64,000 nt of DNA, from positions 68,857 to 132,856 of IMG/VR virus record IMGVR_UViG_3300021254_000022. The stretch is one strand, 5' to 3'. This stretch comes from a virus. Its lineage: Duplodnaviria; Heunggongvirae; Uroviricota; Caudoviricetes. This document shows, one piece after another, positions 50,901 through 62,400 of the stretch. Each line of letters opens with the position of its first letter. Position 1 is the first letter of the stretch. The position numbers were made by a program, and so were the translations under genes. A model generated the notes under the pieces. The model had not been told where the DNA came from and ran no database searches. It saw only the letters and a program-made list of their open reading frames with translations.

Positions 50901-53310
50901 GCCATTCGATTCCTTCTTCATGAGGTTCAAAACTTTCTCCAAGTCTAGTAATATCAATATAACCAGCCTATTCATTTATCGCCCAAGACTCAAAGCCTTT
51001 ATAATAATATTTAGTATTTTGTTGCCAATTTGATCCTGACGGAACAGCGTTATACTTTTTTGTATTAGGATTATAAGTATAAAGCTATCTATCACAATTT
51101 ATAAAATCTATAGCAACCTAAATATCTTTAGCTTCTGTATAAGCAGAAAATTCTATTTCTTCTTCAGGCTTCTAAATCATTGTATTTTTAGTAGGAATAC
51201 GCCATGTAATAGATTCAATTTTATCATTATTTCTATCACCCGACATTAATGTATCCCAACTAGCAGTTATAATACGTTTTTTCTAACTTTCTTTTTGGCT
51301 GATTATTTGTCCATCATCATCGTAAATTCTATAGTTACCTTTATATCCATCTTCATCTACAGTTAATTGTAAAGCGTTTGCTAATTCTAAAGTAGAATAA
51401 TCTGGAGAGGCATCTTCATTCGTAAAAGATAAAATTGCACTATAATATTTTTTTCCTGCAGCTAATCTAGATTGAATCCGTTCAATAACAATTCTTCGAG
51501 AAGAAATTTCACTATTTAAATTTTGTTCAACATCTAAAAGTAATCTACGATATTTTTTAGTAATATCATTTGCCGCAGAATCACTACGTTTTAAACCTTT
51601 TTCTGCTAATTCTGCTTCATAAGCAGCTATAATAGAATCAATTTCTGCATTTAATCCTTCTGCGCTAAGCCGCTGTGAATAATACTAAATTTCTTCTTCT
51701 AATTTAGTAATACCTAATATAACCCAATCATAAAAAGTATATCCAACTAAATCGCTTCCAATACGTGGATCATTTATTATTTTACGATAATATTTTCCTG
51801 CTGCGGTATAATTTGCTGCAGATGTATAAGTAATATCAGTTGCATCATAAGTATATAATGCACCATATTGCTCTTTTAAATCCTCAAATTGAGTTCTATT
51901 TTTTACTTCAATAGGATAATAAAGTCCTTTAAAATAATCTTCAAAAGGTTTTTTATTAGTTTCAGTATTTACAAATTGATCATTATAAATCGATTCAGCT
52001 ATTTTTTCCTATGCAGGGACTTCTATAATAATTTTAAATAATTGATTAGGTGATTTTATATCTGGATCAAAATTTAAATATTCAAACTTATTTTTATAAT
52101 TTGTAATTTCTTGCCAATAATTTCCTGCAAGAGGATCATTAATACCTTCCTAAATAACTTGTTGATACCAATGAACAACCACTCCTTCTGTAGCAAAATT
52201 ATCTAAATAATTTTCATATGCAACTGCCTCTTCTTCATTTACGAAATGAATCCAACGACAATACATATTTTTTCTATTTAAAAGTTTAAGCCATTTATTT
52301 TGTTCATTTTCACTATTATGTATCATTACTTGAGCTTGAAGTAATTGTTCATAATTATTATTATAATCTTCTAAACGGAGAGAATCAGCAATTAAATCTT
52401 TTTTATCATCTGTTAAATAAGAAGCATAAGTTGCAGAATCTAAAGTATATAATAAAATAGTATCTTCTGAAAATTTATCTAAAGAATATCCTAAACTAAT
52501 ATATATATTATTTACAAATAAATTATCTATATTTATGCCATCGGCTGAATTAACAAGTAATTCATTTTCTGAAATTCTAAAATCATTACCTTGATAAAAA
52601 GTAAGAGTCATTGACTCTATACATTCCATTTCAGAAATATCAACTACTTTTTTCTAAGTATAATAAGTCTCATAATTATATGGATCGCCATAAAAATCAT
52701 TAGTATTTAATACTACTGAATACAATTTTTGACTATTTTGAGTCTAAGTCGTACCCATAGTTCGAGTAACGATATCTAATCTTAATCCATATGTGCCTGC
52801 GCGCACTCCCAACTCTTTCAGCCAACTTTTAAAATCTGCTTTAATAGCTAGTTTATCATATCCTTTAAAATTTCTACCTGCAATTGACCAAATAGTTTTT
52901 TCAGTAATATTACCGTTAGCTTTTAAACTTGCCGGAAGTGTTTTAATGTCTTTTGTTATGATATTTTTTGTAATATCAATAAAAGATTTCATAGGATCTA
53001 CATAAGTGAAATGTTCACTATCATCTGTTACATAACGTCCTACTATAATCTTTTGTTTTGAATAATCATTTTCAACAACAGTTACTAAAACTACAGTTCC
53101 TTTAGAATAATTCGTATTATCTGAGAAAGCTTCATATGTACTTGACCCATCAGTTACAATATATTTTCCAATTGAACTATCTGAGGCATCTATGATGGTA
53201 GCAGTAACTGTTTTATCGTAAGTTAAAGCTTCAATTCGTTTACCTATAATTAAATCTAAAGCAGGTAAAACATTCTACATCGCTTCTGGAATAGATTGAC
53301 TACTTGCCAT
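44971..53310 (-). CDS. Giant tail-tip / central spike-like protein (2779 aa)
   Basis: Seven track ORFs share one frame. ATG at 53310 has an AGGAGG RBS; ends at TAA 44971. N-terminal OB-fold-like segment (TVTATIIDASDSSIGKYIVTDG); Gly-rich beta-repeat region GLYGYNEGVQSFGFKVDGTAFIGKSDRGQITFDG. Immediately follows the TMP. Confidence 0.75.
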
Positions 53311-53337
53311 AATTGGCCTCCTTTCTCTCCTTATTCT

Positions 53338-53366
53338 ATTATATCTTTAATTTTTCACAAAGTCAA
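53338..53366 (-). promoter_or_regulatory. Near-consensus sigma-A promoter for the 2779-aa gene
   Basis: Minus strand TTGACT (53366-53361), 17 bp, TATAAT (53343-53338), located downstream of the TMP terminator. Confidence 0.75.
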
Positions 53367-53386
53367 TTATTGAATATTACCCAATT

Positions 53387-53415
53387 AAAAAATGGGGAGA
53401 AATTAATTTCTCCCC
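53387..53415 (-). terminator. Terminator after the tape-measure gene
   Basis: Palindrome ggggagaaatt-aatttctcccc followed by atttttt on the minus strand. Confidence 0.75.
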
Positions 53416-53422
53416 TTTATTT

Positions 53423-56400
53423 TTATTTTGATTCATTAGCATATTGAGCTGCCAAATTAATAAGTCCATCGAAAGCTTCAATAATTTCAGTATGATCTGT
53501 TGCATTTGGAAATTCTGCTGTAATAGTAACCTATTGTTCTAATGTTTGTTTATTATTAAACATTCCACTAGATGATGAGAATAATCCACCCATAAATTGA
53601 CTTGCTGTTAAAGCATTTAAATCAATTATTTGAGAAATTTGTCTTATCATTCCAACAGCAGAAAGAAGATTTTCAGTATCTTGAGCATTTAATACAAGTT
53701 CTTTTTCATGTAATAATGCCAATTTGCCTTCAATACTATTCCAATTTCCGGTATATCCTCCACTATCAAGAGAGGCTAATGCTTTTTTATTAGTTTCTAA
53801 ATCTTTCTGTCCTCTTGCGTCTTGTTCTTTTAATTGTCCTACATAATTATTAATATATCCCTAAATATATTTTTTAATAACATCATCAGAATCAACATAG
53901 TTTTTCTGGTCAGTATTTAAACCTGCATCAGCAATCTAATCTACTGTTAATTTTTTTGCAGTAATTTCTTCAGTTTGAATTCCTGAAGAAGTACTACGAC
54001 TCTTTCTAGATCCATCTAAATTGCCTTCAGCCTCAATAACTTTTGCAATAGTATCAATTAGTAATAAATTTGCTCCTATTGTTTTTGTTACTTGTTCAAC
54101 ATAATTTTCTGCAAAATCTGCTGCTTCTTGAGCAATAGTTCTAAATGAATTTTGATATGTTTTAGATAAATCTTCTGCCGCTTCAGCTGCTTTATTAGTC
54201 TAATCAACAATACCATCTTCTCCATTTAAATTTTCTATTACATCTTCACCGAAGTTTTTAATAGAAGTTTCTCCATCATTTAAAGCTACATCATTCATAT
54301 TCATAGCTTCTTGATAAATTTTAATAGCTTCTAAAACAGCAGTAGATAAGCCAGTAACAAAAGCCTCTTGAGAATCTTTCATTGATGCAAAACCAGTTAA
54401 AACAGAATATTGAGTTTCAGTAAATTTATCAAGATATAGTTCATCTGCAGAAATTTTATATCCTGTCATTTCTGAATATGCTTGCCATGCTCCAGTATAT
54501 AATTCTCTATTATTACCAATAGCATTTCCAATTTGCTGCTCATATTCCTATCTTAATTGAGTATAATCGTCTTCAATTCGATGTACTGCATCCATATATT
54601 CTTCCATACTTGCAAAATCAGCCATATTTAATGCTGCAATTGCATCACGACATTCTTGATCTGCTTGAATAATCTAATCTTGTAAAGATTTAATATAATC
54701 AGTATTTAAAACTTGCATTTCATGAAGTTTATCTTCATAATTCTGTTCTGCATCAGCTACAGCATTCGCATCAGCCGTATAGACATATCCATAATTACCT
54801 TCAGCATCGCGCATCATTCTAACTTGAGATTTTGCATTACGGGATTCTTCAAGTTCATCTCTTGCTAATTCTATTTCATATTTTTTACGAAGGACATCCA
54901 GATCATATTGTGACATTTTTACGCCATCTTCATTTGCTGCGTTAATTTCTTGTTGTAATTTCTTTAAAGCTTGTTTATTTTTAATTTGATCTGAATCATC
55001 AATAGAAGCTTGAACTTCTCTACTTAATTTACTTAATTGATAAATTTTTTCATAATCTTCAACATAAACATCAGCTATTTGTTTTTGTCTATTATATTCT
55101 TCTGATAAAGCACTTAAAGTTCCCATAGAACCAGCAATACTCTATTCAAAATGCATTACAATAGTATCTAAAGCATCAACAAAATAATCTTGTGCTGCTT
55201 GGACTTCAGCTTCCCAAGATTCTAACCAACTCTATTGTGCAGAATTCCGTTCTTGTGTTATTGTATCAATTTGTTCTTTAAATTTATTAATTTCTTCACT
55301 ATAATCTGCATCATTAAGAGATTCAAAATAGCGTTTTTTCTCTTCTAAATCTGCTAAAGAACTTTCTAAGAAATCAAGTTGTGATTTTAAAGCTGAAGTA
55401 TTTGCTCTCTATTGATCAAAAGCAGCTTTGGATAAACCTTTACTTACTTCTCCACTAACATCTAATACTTTTTTACCAACAATACCAATAATATTTTTAT
55501 AAGTTTGAGTAAATGCCATAAGAGTTGAAATTTTTTCAGTCTACTAAGCCAAATTATTATTATACTTATCAAATACTTCACTTAAATTTGAGTACATCTA
55601 TTCACGTAAAGCTCTTTGAGATTCTAATAATCCCATTAAACTATCTCGATATTCTTCAAGAGTAGCAACTTTATCCGCTGTAAATAGATCTGTATTAACT
55701 AAAGAAGTTAAATCATCTTCATTCCATGTACCAGTCATTAAACGTTGCATTAAACTATTATCAACATCTCCTGTTGAGTTAATTACATCTCTAATTCCAT
55801 CTTGATAATATCCTAATTCTTCATTATATAATCTCATTTGTTCAGACATATAAGCTAAACGATCTCCAAAAGTATCTGCAACATCTCCTAAATTATCAAG
55901 ATATGCTTCTAAAGTTTTTAATACATTATCAGCAATCTAAACTTTTACTTGAACAGTGTATTGAGCTTTTTCAAGCATTAAATCATAAATTTTATTAGCA
56001 GTTTCCTAAATAGAATTTCCTAATTCATCCATAGAAGTTTCAGTTTCTTCAATTTCAGCTATATCTTCATCTAGATCATCTTTCCATTGACTTAAAGTTT
56101 CTTCTCTTCGATCAGCAATTAATTCTTCACCTTCATAAACTTTATTAGCAGCATATTCTCTCTAATCATATTCAGATTCAATTCCTTCTTCTTGAATTTC
56201 TCGAATAGTATCTATATAATGTTTCTTTTCATCATATACTTCTCCAGCTACACGGATCTCTTCTTCATGAGCATGATCTGCTGCTTGTTCTAAAGATTCA
56301 AAAGTATAATCAATAAGATCATTTTTATCTTCATAAAATTCTTTTATTCTATTCTAATTATTTTCAAATGCTAAATCAGCATCTGCTTGACTTCTATCAA

Positions 56401-59400
56401 ATTTATTATTAGCTTTATCAATACTTTTATCCCATTGATCTTCTAATCTTTCTATTTTAGCATTATATGCTTTACCTTTATCTTCACTGACTTCTTTTTC
56501 TGTTCCAACAGGAGTAGAAGCATTTACTACTGAAATATTTTTTGCCTATTGTAATTCTTTTTCTTTTTTCTCAACTTCAGCTTTAGCTTTTTCAATTTTT
56601 GATTGATTGCCTGTTTTTTGAGCTTTGACTAAAGCTTTATCTGCTTTTTTCAAAGCTTTTGATGCTGATTCTATTTTTTCATCTTTTTTTGCTTGAGTTG
56701 TACTTCCAGTTGCTTTGTTCCATGCTTTTTGAATTCCTTCATTATATGCAGAATCTGCTTTAGCAACATTTTTATTATAATTATCTACAGCTTTTTCCAT
56801 AGATTCATTATATTCATTAATACTTTTCTATTCAGCTTTTTGTTGATTTTTTGCTGATGTTACTCTATCTTTATACCATTTATCTGTATTATCTTTATTT
56901 GCTTTATTTCGTTTTTCATCTGATGCTGCAACGGTTGTATTATAATTATCAGTAATTTTATTCATATCTTTATTATAAGAGTTCATGGTTTTTATCATTT
57001 CATTATTATAATCTTTTGTTGCACTATGCATCTCATCATTTAACTTTTTAATATTTTCATTTCTTTGATCTATAATATCTGATTGTCCTTTATTATATTT
57101 CTCAACTTTCTTTGACTATAAAGTATTATAACCAGTTAAATATCCTTCATCACTAAATTCTGCGCCTTCTTTTTTCAATGATTTCTATAATTGTTCTCTT
57201 CTTGCAGCCTATTCACTATATAAAGTCTTTTGCATTTCTAACTATTTCTTTAAAGCTGCTGCTTCTTCATCAATAGCATCTAATCTAGCTTTACCAAAAG
57301 CTCTTTCTTTTCTTTGGCTAATTCCTTCTAAATTAGTAGCCATTTTTTGAAGTTCTTTATTTATATCATGATAACGGTCTATTTCATCACGTAATCGTAA
57401 AAAATAAGATTGATCTTTAATAATATATTCTTTATCTTCATAAACTTTTTGTCTATCTTTACTATATCTTTCATTATAATATTTTTTACGATCTGTATAT
57501 TCTTCATCTTTATAAGTTTTTCTATTAACTTGCTATCTAACTGCATCTGCTTTTTTATAATCATTTAGGTATTTTTGTGCTGTTGATTTATTAGCTTCCA
57601 TTCTAATAGTAGTAGTCCTTGGTCTTTCCTAACGACCACCACCACCTTTATTATGTGCTAAAACTTGGTTGGAACCTACATAATAATTATGATTATTTGA
57701 TACTTCAAAATTATATACGACTTTAAATTTAACATTAACATCAATCTAAGAAATTGTATATAATTCACCACTAGCAAGTAATAATTTATCTCCAACTTGC
57801 AATTCTGAAGCAGGAATCCATTTATTATTATTATCACGATTAATTAAAAATCTATGAATTCCAGTAACTTTTATTTTTTCATTATTAACATATAATGTAT
57901 AAATTTCATCTTTAGTAAAATGAATCATCGTTTGAAGAACTTCACTGTATTCATTTTTCATAGTTTTTTCATTATAAGAAAGAACTAAATCTCCAGCTTG
58001 AATATCTTCAATATTTTTATAACCATTTATTGTTGAAATTGGAGTGCCTGCAACGAAACAACTTCTACCTTTATTATGAGCAAGAATTCCATTTTTCCCA
58101 ACATAATAATTGTGATTATTTGATACTTCAAAGTTATAAACTATTAATTGTCTAATATCTATTTTTATACAATAAATTTTATGCCAACCATAATCTGCAA
58201 ATTGAACTAAATCATTAATTTGTAATTCTGAAGCAGGAATCCATTTCTTTTCATTATTACGATTAATTAAAAATCTATGAATTCCAGTAACTTCTATTTT
58301 TTCATCTTCTATATATAGGCTATAAATTTCTTCTTTAGTATCATGAATAAAAGTTTCAAGAACTTCACTATATTCATTTTCTTCATTTTCTTCATTATAA
58401 GAAAGAACTAAATCTCCAACCTAAATATCTTCAATATTTTTATAGCCATTTATTGTTGAAATTAAAGTACCAGCAACAAAACAACTTCCTCGGCTTGCCG
58501 GTTTATTACTACCACTCTTATTGGCACTAGAAATATTACCTCCGCCGGTGTGGTTAGCATTAGATACTTCTACTGCAGTAGATGTATTTTCTTTATTAAC
58601 GGTATCAGTAATTTTATGAGGCTATGTATGAATTTCATCATAACCTAATTCAAGAGTTTGAGTTTGCCATTGAATGGAAGGAATACCCATAGTTCCTTCA
58701 CCGAAACCAACTGTCGGTAAACTTACAGAATAAGGATGAGGAACATTAGTGACATCCCAGCCTTCGCCTTCAACTTCATCTGCAGAAGTATCTGTCTATT
58801 GATTTACTTTTGCATTTATTCCTAAAGCATCAATTATTGCTTGACCCATTGGAGGCATCATATTATAAATATTTTGACCCAATTGTTCAAAAGCACTTTG
58901 TACAGTTGAAGTTTTTTCTACAATAGGTGTAACATCACAATCAATACCCATATTATGGAAAATTGCTTCAATTTCGTCTGCAGTATATCCAGCTTGTGAT
59001 AAAATATTTGCATATTTAGTTAAAATAGCAGTATCATCAGCATCTAATTCTCCTTCTGGAAGATTCTCTAACCAATCAGAAATAAGAACTTCATCTTCTC
59101 CAATAGTGGTAACTAATGGAGTATCATTTGCCTGCATTTCTAATTCAAGACCTTCAGCATATTTAATCTATAAAGCATCTATTGCATCTTCATTACCATT
59201 CATAGCTTCAGTAATAAGATCCATATTTTGAGCTAAAAATTCTGCACTTACTGATGCGCCATCTTCGCCACCAATTAATTGAGAAACAGTTTGACTTAAT
59301 GCGCTTACATTATCTTCCTAATCATATAATAATGAATTAAATGCTTCAATATCATTACTTTTATAAGCTTCATTTAATTGAGACAGAGTACTTGAATAAT

Positions 59401-62400
59401 CTTCCCAATTTTTTTGTAAATCTGTAACTGCTTCATTTGTAGCGATATAACGTGCTGCCATTTGAGTAGCTACAGATGCATTTTTAGATGCTGCGGCATA
59501 AGCTTGATTTCCATTTTTGCCTAATTCTTGATAACGTTTTGCTAAAGCTTTAACTTGAGATTCTTCTACTTTATATTTTTTAGAAACTTCTGCTGCTCTT
59601 GTTGCTAATTCTAACTACATTTTTGTAGATTTTTTAGCTTCAGAATTATTACCTCTTAAAGCTCTTTGATATTGCTGTAATTCTCTTGAACAACTATCAT
59701 ATTTAGAAGCTACTTTCATTAATGCTTCAGATTCTAATTGTAAAGCTTCCTTTTCTCCAACATGGCGACCTTTTAGAACTCCCAATAAAGATTCAAAATC
59801 TTCCATATTATTGCAACAAGCTGCAATACTTCTTGCATTTTTACTAAGAGTTCCTTCCATTTGATTCATTCCCACTAAATAATCAAATAAAATTTCAGAA
59901 GCCTGTTCTGTAGTTATCATCCAATCTTCAGTATTATCTCGAAGTTCTATTAATTTTTCAGTATATTCAGATTGAGTCAAAGAACCGGCTTCAAAAGCTC
60001 TATTCATATTTTCAAGATTTTCTGCAAAAGATGCATTTTCATCAAAATTATACTAAAAAGCTTCTTCTGTTTTATCTGCAAAGTCTTTAAGATCTAATCC
60101 TACATCTTCTAATTTTAAACCATATACTTTTAATGCTTCTTCTGCGGCAGCTAATTTATCATTAGCCTCTCCTTCAATACCATCAAAAACATTTTTAATA
60201 GCATTTCCAAGAGCTTGATAATTATTAGCACTAATTTCTTCTCCTTCTGGAGCAAAAGCTTTTACAATAGCAGGAAAAGCTTCTTCAGCAGCACTTTTAA
60301 TATCTTTATGAACTGCTGTAACATCTGCGCCATAGTTTTGCCACATTTTATCTGTAGCTTCCCCCTATGTCTAAAGTTCTTGTAAAGCTTTACCTTCTTC
60401 TTCTAATGCTTTTAATCTTAAATCATCTGTTGCCGTATCATCTTTAGAAATTTGAGCAAAACCCTTTTGACGTTCTTTAGGATCTTCTACTTGTAAGAAT
60501 TTATCAAATTGTTCTTGTGCAGTAAGAGTATCTTTTGTCAACTTTAAATATTCTTCAGCATCAAGTTTTCCTTTTAATAATGCTTCATTTAAAGCTTCAA
60601 TAGACTCTTTTGTCGTAACTTCATCATGACCCAAAATTTCTTTTAAAAGTTTTTCATATGCTTCTGCTGTCATGCCACTATCGTCTATATGACTACGCAA
60701 ATCATCAATAGACATTGTAGTAGTATCAATACCTTCAACAGCCTTTTCCCATGCAGCTTCTCCCATAGCTCCACGAAGTTCTGTATTATTTAGGTCATCT
60801 ATAGTAATCTAAACTTTGTTTGTATTATCAGCAAAAAATTTAGCTTTACTATCAGCATCTTCTATTGCATTACCAATAGTTAAAAATTGATCAGGATTTA
60901 ACTCTGAAATTTTATTTTTAATTAATTCATAACTATTTGCGACATCTTTTAATTCAACAATGCCATCTGCCCCAGGGGTAATTTTTTCAATAAAATCATC
61001 AGCACCAGAAATTTCATTTACCCAAGTTCCAATATCTTCTAAATAAGATCTAACTTGCTCAAATTCTTCAGAATCCTTAGGAATAATTCCTTGTTCTACC
61101 CAATATTTTAATTCTTTAAAACTTTCTATTCCATTTAAAAATTCTGTTGATAAAACTGTATTATAATTTTTTACAGTCTGTACATAATTTTTATAAGCTT
61201 CAGAACTTTTATCCCAAGATCCAGCTGTTGAAGATAGTTCTTGATAAAAACCTGAAACATCAGCTCCTGCATTTTTTAAAATTTCAACTTGTTTATCAAA
61301 ATTATCAGCTTCTTCTTGACTAGTTAATCCTGAAAATAAAGATAATTTTTTCTCTGATGGAAGATCTTCTAATAATGTTTTTTGTCTAGCAATATGTATA
61401 GCTTCAGATAATTCATCAGCATCTTTATAAATTTCTCTAGTTCCGTTCTCTGTTTCTCTTGAGAACTAATCTAAATCAATTCCAGTAGCTTTTAATAAAG
61501 AAATTTCTTCTGAAGATAAAGTATCTCCATTTTTTAAATCTCTACTATCTAAAGTTTTCCAAGCATCTGTAATTTGTTGAGCAGCATACTCAGCATTAAT
61601 TTCTGCTTCTTCTGCAACCTAAGTAACTTCTTCACCATATTTTTCGACATCAGCATATAACTATTGAACAGCTAAATCGTCTTCTAGCATTTGATCTCTT
61701 GCGGCATCCATATCCTCTTGAGAATAAGCTTTACCCTAACTATTCTATTGTGCAGTTTGCATTCCTGTATATTTAGCACGAGACTATTTTGCTGTTTCTT
61801 CAGCTTCTGGAATTAAAACATCTTTAGTATATTTCTATAAATCTTCAAGAGTCTTTTTAGTACTTTCTAAATTTTGAATCTAAGCATTACTTAAATCATT
61901 TTGTAATTTTTCTAAATATGCAACTCTTTCTGAATCTTCCATTTTCAAAAATTCAGAGAATTTAATAATAGGCTCTTCCATTCCTTCAATGGTTTCGCCC
62001 CAAGAAATATTACTATCAGTCTAAAATTTTCTTAATTCAGAAAGAGACATTCCGGTCTTAAATTTAGAATTATCTAAAGCATCAATATTTTGACCAATTT
62101 TATTAGCATTTTCTTCATTATTAATCTATTCATTAATTAATTTACTTAATTCTTCAACTTCTTCAGCAACTGCTTGAGGATCTGTTTTAAATTTAATTTT
62201 CATTCCTGCAGTTAATTCAATTTTATCAAAAGCAGCCTAAGCTTCTTCAGACAACATATTATATAATTGTCCAATTTCAGAAGAGTCCCAATTATCTGCC
62301 GCATTTTTAACTGCATTTTGTACTGTAGAAATTACTCCTGAACCAAAATCCTGATATTTTTGAATTCCAGCATAATAATTATCAATAATTGCTCTTACTT

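Noticed and set aside
1716-53793. Short opposite-strand or alternate-frame ORFs in the track (e.g. 1716..1925, 2265..2459, 5122..5364, 8241..8513, 19127..19534, 25262..25603, 39734..40039, 48654..48938, 53602..53793)
   Set aside because: They lie wholly within well-supported genes and have shadow-like composition with no recognisable motifs.
57650-58483. Canonical mobile inteins, or a polymorphic toxin with a C-terminal effector
   Set aside because: The +1 residue is Lys and there is no endonuclease domain. The sequence after the Hints is about 1400 aa of TMP coiled coil ending in a typical TMP C-terminal motif, not a toxin domain, and there is no immunity-like gene downstream.
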